Shown here: positions 49,933 through 59,044 of the stretch, in pieces
Layout: each line of letters starts with the position of its first letter
Numbering within the stretch: position 1 is the stretch's first letter
DNA from: a virus
Taxonomy: Duplodnaviria > Caudoviricetes
Reading direction: 5' to 3' (one strand)
DNA length: 64,000 nucleotides
IMG/VR virus record: IMGVR_UViG_3300035696_000004
Location: 155,773 to 219,772 of that record
Position numbers and translations under genes: made by a program
Notes under the pieces: model-generated
What the model saw: the letters and a program-made list of their open reading frames with translations, nothing else
Databases searched by the model: none
Told to the model about the DNA's origin: nothing

Positions 49933-49985
49933 GATTTATCCAGCGGAATAAACTGCCTGCACCGGAGTGCAGGCAGTCGTGATGG

Positions 49986-50909
49986 TTATTTGGAAACCGC
50001 CTCCACCATAGCAGTGACAGCATGAACAAAGCGCGTGACGTTGGCTTGTTGCTGTCGCTCCAGGATACGATAGATCGGGGAGTTTTTATACGCCCGTTCA
50101 CCAGCAGCACTGCGTAGCACTGTCAGCCAGGTCGGCGGATGTTCCAGAGCAACCGCTACGATCTCCTTCGCATTGGCGCTACCGAACCAGGTGCCTTTGA
50201 TGATTTCGTAGAGGAGACCCACGTTGAACTTCCCGAGACGAGTCGGGCTGACCACGGTGGCCACGTATCCGCAGAACTCCTTGATCCCTTTGATCGGTTC
50301 TTCGACCTGATCGAGAATCGCAAGAACATCATCAGCCTTGCATCGGCAAGCTGTCGATACGGCTTTCACGATACGCATTTCATCGTTGTCGGAAAAGGCG
50401 TCGTCATCCATAAAGCACGATTGGTAGAAGATACCCGACAGGATGGCCAGATCCAGCTGCTCACGTGCGTCCAGCGCATATCGACGTGCCACGTTCTCGC
50501 TGATCCATGCTGTGTAAACAGCCAGAGGAAGAGGAGATACATCCCGGAGCAGAGATGGCAGGTCGTGTATCCAGACCCAATTCAGCTGCCCCCTGAAAAG
50601 GGTCGCCGAATGCTCAGGAGCGTTCGTCACGATGATGTCACCTGTCCGTGGATCATTCCGGCAGAATGCCCTGACATCCACTGCGACATGTGTCTCACCT
50701 TTCTCTCCTTTAAATAGGAAAGGGTGAGCAAACACCGGCATTTCGACGAGAGACCAGGATCGGTTATCCACGACCACGAGGTTGTCCTTAAAGATCAGGG
50801 CAAGCATTCGATCGGCTTTTACCAGATCCTCATCCACTTTACGGAGACTCGAACCCCCGAGAAAACCTTCGCATGCCTTGGTGTCATAGGCGGATTTGAA
50901 TATTGTCAT
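49986..50909 (-). CDS. Virion structural protein (phiKZ gp28 position)
   Basis: ~307 aa, divergent from the sheath gene. Confidence 0.65.
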   Translation of the reverse strand: MTIFKSAYDTKACEGFLGGSSLRKVDEDLVKADRMLALIFKDNLVVVDNRSWSLVEMPVFAHPFLFKGEKGETHVAVDVRAFCRNDPRTGDIIVTNAPEHSATLFRGQLNWVWIHDLPSLLRDVSPLPLAVYTAWISENVARRYALDAREQLDLAILSGIFYQSCFMDDDAFSDNDEMRIVKAVSTACRCKADDVLAILDQVEEPIKGIKEFCGYVATVVSPTRLGKFNVGLLYEIIKGTWFGSANAKEIVAVALEHPPTWLTVLRSAAGERAYKNSPIYRILERQQQANVTRFVHAVTAMVEAVSK

Positions 50910-51164
50910 CTTAATGTCCAATCTAGCACGCCATTCGGGGGCGTCAACTTATCATATGCCGTTGAAAAAATACTGTCATTCGCTATGGTATTTAGGTTAG
51001 AAATACAGCGAACGCGCCATCGTAATTCCTGCCTCAAGCAGTTAAGTAATAAAATACCTATGAGGGTGCCCTTCATGGGTGGCCGCCTCAGGTTTTCACT
51101 GGAAGTGGCACCGACAAAAACGGCGCTAACGAGTAACATAACATTTTAGAAGGATCGAGCACCT

Positions 51165-53276
51165 ATGGCAAACGCTCTTGTTAATGCCGCTCCTCAGACT
51201 AACGCGCAGGGTATTCAGGATGATTCCACGAAAACCCTAGTCGCTGAAGCCGAGGTCCTGCCCACCCACCTGGCCAAAGTGTACATCTACGCCAAGACCG
51301 GACCCGATACCCCCCAACTCGTCGTCGGTAACAGCCGCACCACGATGTACGGTTCGGACTCCTTCGATTACCGGAAGAAGTGGGCCAATCACGCCACTGT
51401 ATTGTCGAACGTGCTCAACACGAACGCCAACAGCCAAATGATTCAGCGTCTCATCCCGGCCGATGCGGGTCCGAAGTCGAATGTTCGCCTGTACCTCGAT
51501 GTCCTGGCGACGTCCATTCCGGATTACAAGCGAAACAGTGATGGCTCCATCCAAACCGATTCGAACGGCAACGACGTTCCGACGGGCACGAGTCTCGCGG
51601 GGTTCATCGTCAAGTGGGTGGCTGCTTTCATCTCTCCGGCTTCCGACGGTACGTCGAATGTTGGGGCGGGTACGATTGTCGCGGGTGACCAAGTCGCCAA
51701 TGGCGTGCAATCGCAACGCTATCCGATTATGGATCTGGAAGTGTCTCACTACGGTGCCGACGGCAACAACATCGGTTTCCGGATGTGGGCGCCGACGACC
51801 GCATCGTCCCCGGCAGTGACTCCGGCTACACTGACGAACGACATCGTCTATCCGTTCAACTTCATGATGGTGAAACGCGCCAGCGCCACGTCGAGCCCGA
51901 CTGTTTCGCAAACGCTGGATAGCCAAAGCTATCTGTCGGTGACCTGGAAACCGAAGACCATCGACACCAACACCGATGAGCAACTCTACATCGGCGATCG
52001 TGTTCCTGGCGACTGGGAAAAACTCGAATCGACCGACGGAACGCCGCCAATCTATTCGCCGTTTGGCAATGTCCATCTCTACGATGCGAACATCAGCCTG
52101 CTGTTGCAGCAGTTCTACGCGGCTGAATTCCCGTATGCGGATTCGTTCTCGGACTTCACGGGTGCGGAAGAAGAGTACTACCTCTTCAACATGCTCAGTG
52201 GCGTTTCGTCTGTCAACTCCCCGTACCATACGTTCCAAGTTCTGACCTCCCCGGCCAATGCGCTGATGATGAGTCAGTCTTCGACCGTGTACGCATCGGG
52301 TGGTTCGGACGGCACGATGTCGGATACGTTGTTCGCGGGTCTGGTTTCGACGGCCATCGCTGATTACGCTGACGCATCGAGTCCGTATCAAGATGATGCC
52401 AAGTACCCGGAATCGATCTTTTATGATTCCGGTTTCCCGCTGGCTACCAAGTACGACCTCTGCCAGTTCATCGCTCTTCGAAAAGACACGGCGGTCGTGC
52501 TCGCCACCCATGAAGCCGGTGAATCGTTGACCGCGGCTCAGGATTCGTCCGTGGCTCTGGCACTGCTCACGCATGCCCAGCTGTACCCTGAATCGGACAC
52601 CTATGGCACGCCGACCGTGCGTGCTGTCATCGTGGGTCGCTCCGGTACGCTGATCAACAGCCAGTACACGGATCGTCTGCCGTTGTCGATTGAACTCGCC
52701 AACAAGGCATCGAAGTACATGGGTTCGGGCGATGGTATCTGGAAATCGACCTACAACTTCGACATGGCACCGAACAACAAGGTTGAGTTGTTCCACAACC
52801 TGAATGTGACGTTCACATCGGTTACCGTCCGTAACAAGGACTGGGCAAACGGGATGATCTGGATCCAGTCGTTTGGCCGGAACAGCAACTTCTTCCCGGC
52901 GTTCAAGACGGTATACGACGACGACACTTCGGTGCTGACCAGCTTCTTCACCATGATGGGCGCTGTGGAACTGACCAAAATCGGTTTCCGTGCTCAACGT
53001 CAGTACAGTGGTGAATCCAAGCTGACCAACGAACAACTCATCGAAGGTGTCGAAGGCTTCATCACCGACAGCGCGACGGGCCGTTTCGATGGCCGGTTCA
53101 TCATTGAACCGTCGGTGACCATCACGTCCGCTGACGCAGCGCGTGGCTACAGCTGGACCACGGTCATCAACATGTACGCCAACAACATGAAGACGATCCA
53201 AACGCTGACGCTGGCGGCACGCCGTACGTCTGATTACACGTCCAGCTCCACGAGCACGACGACGTCGACAAGTTAA
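51165..53276 (+). CDS. Tail sheath protein (phiKZ gp29-like)
   Basis: 703 aa, YDSGFPL, LYPES..YGTP, strong codon bias, followed by a tube-sized gene. Confidence 0.85.
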   Translation: MANALVNAAPQTNAQGIQDDSTKTLVAEAEVLPTHLAKVYIYAKTGPDTPQLVVGNSRTTMYGSDSFDYRKKWANHATVLSNVLNTNANSQMIQRLIPADAGPKSNVRLYLDVLATSIPDYKRNSDGSIQTDSNGNDVPTGTSLAGFIVKWVAAFISPASDGTSNVGAGTIVAGDQVANGVQSQRYPIMDLEVSHYGADGNNIGFRMWAPTTASSPAVTPATLTNDIVYPFNFMMVKRASATSSPTVSQTLDSQSYLSVTWKPKTIDTNTDEQLYIGDRVPGDWEKLESTDGTPPIYSPFGNVHLYDANISLLLQQFYAAEFPYADSFSDFTGAEEEYYLFNMLSGVSSVNSPYHTFQVLTSPANALMMSQSSTVYASGGSDGTMSDTLFAGLVSTAIADYADASSPYQDDAKYPESIFYDSGFPLATKYDLCQFIALRKDTAVVLATHEAGESLTAAQDSSVALALLTHAQLYPESDTYGTPTVRAVIVGRSGTLINSQYTDRLPLSIELANKASKYMGSGDGIWKSTYNFDMAPNNKVELFHNLNVTFTSVTVRNKDWANGMIWIQSFGRNSNFFPAFKTVYDDDTSVLTSFFTMMGAVELTKIGFRAQRQYSGESKLTNEQLIEGVEGFITDSATGRFDGRFIIEPSVTITSADAARGYSWTTVINMYANNMKTIQTLTLAARRTSDYTSSSTSTTTSTS

Positions 53277-53335
53277 GGTTTAACTGAGCACCTTAGGGTG
53301 CTCAGCTTTACCATAATGTTCAACAGGAGAGAATA

Positions 53336-54202
53336 ATGGGTCGAGTAACAGGAGCCCTGATGGGTTCTGCCGCGTATGCGAAAGACGCGCAAACGGCAGT
53401 CGCCAATCTGCAATACGGCGGGGAAATGGGTTGGGCACCCGATTTGTCGCAATGGGTCAACAACCAACAGTACATCCGCAAACAACTGATGTGCCTGCTG
53501 ATCGAAGCCCCTACGGCATTCAGCAACATGGCTGATTCGGACTACTGGATCGGCACGCTCCGCTCGCTGTTCGAGCTTCACCCGCTTCGCATTACGGGCC
53601 TGAACATGGGTCTCGAAGTCGAAACGGTCGAAACCCCGGTCGGCGGCGGCGGGCAGATGCAAGAAGACTTCACGGATGTGAAGGAACAACGTTCGCAAAT
53701 CACGTTCAGCTGGAACGAAAAGTACGGCATGCCGGTCTATCGTTTCCTGTCTGGTTGGATTCGCAACCTGATGATGGATCCGAACTCCAAGTTCGCTTCG
53801 ATCAACACGCTGACGGATGCAACCGCTGTAACGGATCTGATGGCCGACCAATACTCGGCGACGTGCGCCTTCATCGAACCGGATCCGACGCACACCTACG
53901 TCGTCAAGTCCTGGCTCGTGACCAACATGTGGCCCAAGGGTACGGGCGACGTGATCGGTCAAAAGGATCCGACGGCCGCTGGTGAACCCGCGAACTACGA
54001 CGTACAGTTTGCTGGTATCGCTCAGTTCGGCGCGGGTGTGGACGCCTTCTGCCAAACGCTGATGGATAACATCAGTATCTCGGGTGCGAATCCGTACAAT
54101 CGTCCGGCATTCGTATCGGGTATCGCTGCCGATGTCGCAGCTCAGACGACGGGTAGCTACGCTTCCCAAGTCAGCGACCTGGCTGCAAACGCTGTATCGT
54201 AA
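53336..54202 (+). CDS. Tail tube protein (phiKZ gp30-like)
   Basis: 288 aa directly after the sheath, SD aggaga. Confidence 0.8.
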   Translation: MGRVTGALMGSAAYAKDAQTAVANLQYGGEMGWAPDLSQWVNNQQYIRKQLMCLLIEAPTAFSNMADSDYWIGTLRSLFELHPLRITGLNMGLEVETVETPVGGGGQMQEDFTDVKEQRSQITFSWNEKYGMPVYRFLSGWIRNLMMDPNSKFASINTLTDATAVTDLMADQYSATCAFIEPDPTHTYVVKSWLVTNMWPKGTGDVIGQKDPTAAGEPANYDVQFAGIAQFGAGVDAFCQTLMDNISISGANPYNRPAFVSGIAADVAAQTTGSYASQVSDLAANAVS

Positions 54203-54312
54203 CAGCTACCATGAGAGAGGGACCTTCGGGTCTCTCTTTTATGCCGCCAACCAAAAAAAAAAGAATAGAGGTCATACACCCTCCTGCCGAAGCAGGAGGG
54301 AAATTGATCGAG

Positions 54313-54477
54313 TTAGCTCGACGTTTCTTGAGGTTTGACCGGGACATGCCGAAGCATCTGGTAGTCCAGGTAGTCTTGCGTAGCCGGTTTGACACTTTCT
54401 TCGTTGTTGCACTTACCGCAACACCCGTTGTGTTGACAGGTGTCGCCATCCGTATCGCAGTTGATCGACTGACACAT
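54313..54477 (-). CDS. Small Cys-rich protein (54 aa, not in ORF track)
   Basis: SD gaggg; MCQSINCDTDGDTCQHNGCCGKCNNEES...ETSS*. Confidence 0.5.
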   Translation of the reverse strand: MCQSINCDTDGDTCQHNGCCGKCNNEESVKPATQDYLDYQMLRHVPVKPQETSS

Positions 54478-54503
54478 TTTCTTAAACCCTCGTTTGTATA
54501 CGG

Positions 54504-54647
54504 TTATACCGAAGAGTGGCGCTCAGCATCTTTGGCGGTCTTGCGTTCCGTCCACGAGATTCGGAACAGAACAACAGCAACCACCCCAACCAATCCCATA
54601 AAGGCGATGTTCTGCCAGCACCATACGTCGTAAAGAGGATACGTCAT
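54504..54647 (-). CDS. Small single-pass membrane protein (47 aa, not in ORF track)
   Basis: SD ggaga; MTYPLYDVWCWQNIAFMGLVGVVAVVLFRISWTERK... Confidence 0.5.
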   Translation of the reverse strand: MTYPLYDVWCWQNIAFMGLVGVVAVVLFRISWTERKTAKDAERHSSV

Positions 54648-54726
54648 TTTACTCTCCCAGATAAAAGCACGTCATAGGAGAAGACAAAGACCAAGGGCTC
54701 TCTCGGTCTTTGTCTCGGTAAAACGA

Positions 54727-55197
54727 TCAGTCGGACAGGTCGCTCAGGCCGCCGGACAGTTCTTTCAGATGGGTCTTCACGGCGGCCATTTGGCCGACGG
54801 ACTTGTAGGCGTAGGTTTCGACCTTCGAGGTGACGATACCGAAGGCGTAGTTCTGCTCGCCGTCGGCACCACCGGGTACCTTGATCTTGCGGTCCAGGGT
54901 CAGCGAGATCTTGTCGTTGCCGATCTTCGGAACTTCCAGGGTGACCCGGTTGATTTCCGGATGGCTCTTCAGGAACGGGATGCCTTGTTCGCCGAGGACG
55001 TTGTGGGTGGCGGCCAGGAATTCGGAGTCGAACTTGGCTTGGGCTTCGTAGGCTTCTACGCTGCCGCCGGAGGCGACCAGTGCTTCTTTGTATACGTCAG
55101 CGCGGACAGCGGCCACGCCGGAGGTTTCGTCGATCTTGAAGTCAGCAGCAGCCAGGTTGTCGGTATGCTTGCGTACGGTTTCGTTGATGGTAGCCAT
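54727..55197 (-). CDS. Conserved hypothetical protein, likely highly expressed
   Basis: 156 aa, strong codon bias, SD aaggga. Confidence 0.7.
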   Translation of the reverse strand: MATINETVRKHTDNLAAADFKIDETSGVAAVRADVYKEALVASGGSVEAYEAQAKFDSEFLAATHNVLGEQGIPFLKSHPEINRVTLEVPKIGNDKISLTLDRKIKVPGGADGEQNYAFGIVTSKVETYAYKSVGQMAAVKTHLKELSGGLSDLSD

Positions 55198-55263
55198 CGA
55201 TTTGTTTCCCTTTGAGGAGTGTTATTTAAAAAAATCCAATATTACACGCACTTCTACAGCGAC

Positions 55264-55572
55264 TTATTCGACGAGCGCCTTTTTGAGCGCTACCTTCGAA
55301 ATGAGTTTCCCCGACACCGTCGGGTTCCCGAACTTGACAGCCTTTTTGAAGATCTCTTTGCCGCCGAGGACAGTGTATTGCCCCAGCTGCTCGACGAGGA
55401 TCAGCATCTTGTTGTCGAACTCAGGAAGGAAAGCAGAGGTCACGACCTTGGCTTTCGGATCGCCAGGAGAGTTGATCTTTCCGATATCCACCGTGACAGA
55501 TGGACCAGAGTTTGCTTTCGCAACCACTTTGTCCAGAATGTACGTATGGCCATTGAACTTCAGCGTTTCCAT
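55264..55572 (-). CDS. Hypothetical basic protein
   Basis: Reads on the minus strand (track labels it + in error); ATG 55572 with SD gagg, TAA at 55264-55266. Confidence 0.6.
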   Translation of the reverse strand: METLKFNGHTYILDKVVAKANSGPSVTVDIGKINSPGDPKAKVVTSAFLPEFDNKMLILVEQLGQYTVLGGKEIFKKAVKFGNPTVSGKLISKVALKKALVE

Positions 55573-55631
55573 TCGTAACCTCATGAAGTGTGTTGTCCCA
55601 GTGCATACCAAGGGACAAGGTAGATATTTTT

Positions 55632-56030
55632 TTACTGACCCCAGCCCATGAGGTACGAGCCAAAGTCAAGATACACCCAACCTTGAAACAGTCGGGCTTT
55701 GATACCTGCTTCCGCCAGGGCGGCCGCATTTTCTTCAACCAGTTCTTGATTTCCCCAGCCGGTGACTTCAGCATTATCGAAGTTGACTTCGACAAGATAG
55801 GTGCCGATGTCATCGTACACCATTTCAACGAGCGTCCCGAGATCAAACGGAACGGCGACGTCATTGTACATCGTGAAGTCATCGATGTTGATCTGGGGTT
55901 GCGTGTAAGGGGGCTGCGCGCCTCTGTGAGCGACGATCCACTTACCGACTGCATCAGCACCTTGGAGTAGCTGTGCACGCGCTACAAAGCCTTGTAGCGA
56001 GTCTTCTTTGTTGATGGCGATCTGGGTCAT
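55632..56030 (-). CDS. Hypothetical protein
   Basis: 132 aa, ATGA overlap with the upstream gene. Confidence 0.6.
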   Translation of the reverse strand: MTQIAINKEDSLQGFVARAQLLQGADAVGKWIVAHRGAQPPYTQPQINIDDFTMYNDVAVPFDLGTLVEMVYDDIGTYLVEVNFDNAEVTGWGNQELVEENAAALAEAGIKARLFQGWVYLDFGSYLMGWGQ

Positions 56031-56404
56031 TTTTTCACCTGCTCCTTGGCAGCATCCATGCTGGCTACGATTTCAGTCAGCCGCCCGATGAATTTCAGGA
56101 TATCTTCTTTTTCCCAGATGGCGTATAGCCGAGTATCATCTTCAAAGAGACCATCTCGGCCTGCGCAGTCAAAATCCATAGGTAAGGAGATAGACGGGTC
56201 AGCCTCAGCCGCCTCCAACTTGTCCATGAAGTCGTCGCTGCCATCACATTCGATAGCGTCCGAAATACTCTGGACGACAAAATCGTTGGGGAAGTCGTCT
56301 CCGCCACAAAAGATCTCGACCTCATCAATGACGCGAGGTGTGTAACTGGAGAACAGCGTTTGATGCGGCAGTGCTCGAAGCTCTCTTCGGGTAATGATGC
56401 GCAC
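56027..56404 (-). CDS. Hypothetical acidic protein (early)
   Basis: GTG 56404 with SD aaggga; the track start at 56482 runs through the promoter. Confidence 0.6.
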   Translation of the reverse strand: MRIITRRELRALPHQTLFSSYTPRVIDEVEIFCGGDDFPNDFVVQSISDAIECDGSDDFMDKLEAAEADPSISLPMDFDCAGRDGLFEDDTRLYAIWEKEDILKFIGRLTEIVASMDAAKEQVKK

Positions 56405-56438
56405 AGTTAGATCCCTTCTTAGAGATTTGTTAAGATAG

Positions 56439-56471
56439 CTCAGGTATGTGATATAGGTTTGAAATATTCTA
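56439..56471 (-). promoter_or_regulatory. Putative phage early promoter
   Basis: 33 nt identical to the chimallin promoter region 27337-27369. Confidence 0.75.
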
Positions 56472-56510
56472 CATTCGGGCATAAAGACCAGCCCGTAGGC
56501 TGGTCTGGGG

Positions 56511-56852
56511 TTACGCGATGTTCAAACCTTCGACGCCCCGTTCGAGACGTTTCTTGGTTCTCGATTCAAAAGCCGCCAGAGCCGCTTCCATGTAGGCAAT
56601 CGCCAGTGCGTTTTCCTCACATGGGAATCTCGAATCCAGTACCTTGGTCCGATCGATCAGAACAGCCAGCAAACTTTCACTGGTCAATCCGTTTACACCG
56701 GCTTCTTTTACCGGACCCTTCTGGAAATCGATATACGTCGTCGATTTACCTGCCGTGATCTGATACCGGTGACCCGATACATCCTCGCCATCTGCCGTCT
56801 TACGGAAGGCGTTCACAGCAACGCCGTTTAAGTCCGTGTGAATTCGTGACAC
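56511..56852 (-). CDS. tad1: Tad1-family anti-defence sponge protein
   Basis: HRYQI..IDFQKGPVKE..NG..SESLLAVLIDR..FPCEENALAI..ME.AL...R..R+ERGVEG.N matches the Tad1 pattern; GTG 56852 has SD aggagg (ATG 56984 would add a transmembrane helix). Confidence 0.75.
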   Translation of the reverse strand: MSRIHTDLNGVAVNAFRKTADGEDVSGHRYQITAGKSTTYIDFQKGPVKEAGVNGLTSESLLAVLIDRTKVLDSRFPCEENALAIAYMEAALAAFESRTKKRLERGVEGLNIA

Positions 56853-56988
56853 GTGATCCTCCTGTTTACCTGTAATATCTTCTCTTCCCATTTCGTAGAT
56901 AATCCACGCCATAAAGAAGAAAGCGATCCCGCCAAGAGAGTGAGCGTTTTGATGCACCCAATTCCAAATGGGATGGTAATGCATACGC

Positions 56989-57753
56989 TTACCAGCGCGC
57001 CCAACCCGGCTTCTGTTCTTCGGACATTTGCCAATTCATGGCATTGAAGAGTTCAGCACCCGTGAGGAGCGCCGATTCCATTCCGAGACCCAGGGATTGC
57101 TTTTCCTGAGCCGAGCAGACAGCACGCTGAATTTCACCGCGAGAAAGCAGAGCATCATCCAGCGATTCGAGAGCTGGCGATTTCCACTTGTTGGCAAAAG
57201 CGATCCCGGGTTCCGTTACCCGGTCAAAGGTCACGACCGTACGAAGAATCCGGTTCATGGTGCCGCGCACCCAGACATCTTCCGTGAAGGAACGAATCGA
57301 GAAGCAAACGTTCTCGCCTGGGTTTTGCAGAGAGCGCTCAAAGGCCGCACCATGGGGTCCCGATGGGCAGACTCGACTCATGATCGCAATGACTTTGCGA
57401 CCTTCGTCATCTTTGATGCGATCGAAGTCGAGCCAGAGCTCTTTGTGCAAGCAGCAGACACGATCTTCATAGATCGACATCACCCGTTCGATGAATTGCT
57501 CTTTCGTCATTCCAGGCAACCACTTCGGGTGACCTTCTTCACCTTTCAGAGACCCCCGAGATACCCGACGCTGGAGTTGAGCCGAGGATTCAAAGATGCT
57601 TCGTGCCTCCTCGTAAGGGTAGTACTGACCGACGGAGTTGTAGACGTTCAAGCCGCCAACGACCATTTCGTAACAACCGTCAGCATCCGGTTTCAAGATC
57701 CCTTGTTTACCTGTCGGGAGTGCGATACACCCGAAGCGAATTTGATTTGCCAT
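56989..57753 (-). CDS. Prohead maturation serine protease (phiKZ gp175-like)
   Basis: GEEGHP (His), FSIRS (Ser), VTFDRVTEPG (Asp); 254 aa. Confidence 0.82.
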   Translation of the reverse strand: MANQIRFGCIALPTGKQGILKPDADGCYEMVVGGLNVYNSVGQYYPYEEARSIFESSAQLQRRVSRGSLKGEEGHPKWLPGMTKEQFIERVMSIYEDRVCCLHKELWLDFDRIKDDEGRKVIAIMSRVCPSGPHGAAFERSLQNPGENVCFSIRSFTEDVWVRGTMNRILRTVVTFDRVTEPGIAFANKWKSPALESLDDALLSRGEIQRAVCSAQEKQSLGLGMESALLTGAELFNAMNWQMSEEQKPGWARW

Positions 57754-57754
57754 G

Positions 57755-58489
57755 TTACGTCCTTAGCAGAGCTTCAATACGTTCAGTTCGATCAGCAGGA
57801 TCCACCAATGCACTAATGACACCCGCCCCGTAATAACTCCCGGCCAGCTTGTTCGTCGTATTGGTAGCGCCATATTGCACACTTCTCAGCGGAATAAAGG
57901 CTGGCGGACTCGACAGCACTTCATCCATCTTCTTGATGACCGTCCGGTAATACTTCGTACGATCTTTTTCTTCACGAGCCAGAATTGACACGATCAACTC
58001 CGTGACCTCCTGCTCGGTCCCGATGTTAGCACCCGCATGATAGCGAGCACTATCGAAAATGCGACCAAAGTCGATGTAGTTCATGTACCAAGGTACTCGA
58101 CCTTTCGACATGAGTTCATCGTAAATCCGATACGTGATCACGTCGTGTTTGACGAGATTGACGCTCTTCATGATGGTACTGCCGGCCGGGAAGAAGAATT
58201 CGTAGTACTCTTCATCCCCGATCAAAATCTTTACCGTCGACGTAGGGTCGATGTGAATCATAGCGTTCACAAGCGAGGTTCCGTAGTAGAGTTCCTCCAC
58301 TACGATACCGTAGACACCCACGATATACGTTTCAATCCCGACTTCCGCCAAGCCACGCTCTGCAAATCGGACAGGGATATAGATCTTGACATCTTTCTTT
58401 GCAACCAGTCGTTCATCAGGCAACTCGATTAGAGCCGCGTGAACGCGCTCTGGCGCTCTCAATAGTTTCCGAGGGTCCATCGTACTCAC
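57755..58489 (-). CDS. phiKZ gp176-position protein, possible virion RNAP beta' C-terminal piece
   Basis: 244 aa adjacent to the protease; identity from synteny and recall only. Confidence 0.45.
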   Translation of the reverse strand: MSTMDPRKLLRAPERVHAALIELPDERLVAKKDVKIYIPVRFAERGLAEVGIETYIVGVYGIVVEELYYGTSLVNAMIHIDPTSTVKILIGDEEYYEFFFPAGSTIMKSVNLVKHDVITYRIYDELMSKGRVPWYMNYIDFGRIFDSARYHAGANIGTEQEVTELIVSILAREEKDRTKYYRTVIKKMDEVLSSPPAFIPLRSVQYGATNTTNKLAGSYYGAGVISALVDPADRTERIEALLRT

Positions 58490-58496
58490 CTAGAGA

Positions 58497-58997
58497 TTAA
58501 AAGTCACCAGGGGCCACCTGGAAGCAAGGAATGCCTAATTCTCGCCACATCTTGACGACCTTGTCTCGATCTTCGAAGACGCAGAGCACGGTGTCATGAT
58601 TAATCTTCCCATCAAAGACCCACTGACGCTTCATGACGTCGTCAGGTGTGGTGTCATCTTCCTTGGGGCGCATCAGGAGTTGATACGTCAGGTCATTCCC
58701 TTTTCCAATGTGTTTCTCGATCCATTCCCGGGTCTCGTCTTCAACCTCATCACTACGACATGTCGCAATGAGAATCTTAAAACCTGCCGCTTGCATGTGT
58801 ACAAGGATCTGAATGACCGCATCAACAGGCTTGTCATCCACACAGGCTTTATAGAAGGAAGCGTAATCCTCTTGTCCTTCATTTTCGATGAAGTGCAAAC
58901 GATGCGTGATGTCAGCCAGTGTTCCATCAAGATCAAAGACCACCAACGGCGTTTGACCTGGGTTCAATTGCTCGAGAGCCAATTGTAAAAGAGACAT
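58497..58997 (-). CDS. HAD phosphatase, stand-alone T4 Pnkp-type 3'-phosphatase domain
   Basis: VFDLDGTL motif I, ATCR, MRPKED, FEDRDKVVKMWRELG..CFQV. Confidence 0.8.
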   Translation of the reverse strand: MSLLQLALEQLNPGQTPLVVFDLDGTLADITHRLHFIENEGQEDYASFYKACVDDKPVDAVIQILVHMQAAGFKILIATCRSDEVEDETREWIEKHIGKGNDLTYQLLMRPKEDDTTPDDVMKRQWVFDGKINHDTVLCVFEDRDKVVKMWRELGIPCFQVAPGDF

Positions 58998-59044
58998 AAT
59001 GAAATCCTAGAGACCCAGCACCGAAGTGCTGGGTCGAGGTCAGG

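Noticed and set aside
54171-54449. 92-aa minus-strand ORF
   Set aside because: Runs through two hairpins and into the tail tube gene; the SD-supported 54313..54477 frame explains the region better.
55264-55611. ORF track lists this protein on the + strand
   Set aside because: The translation given reads from the minus strand (TAA at 55264-55266 reverse complement); annotated as minus with start 55572.
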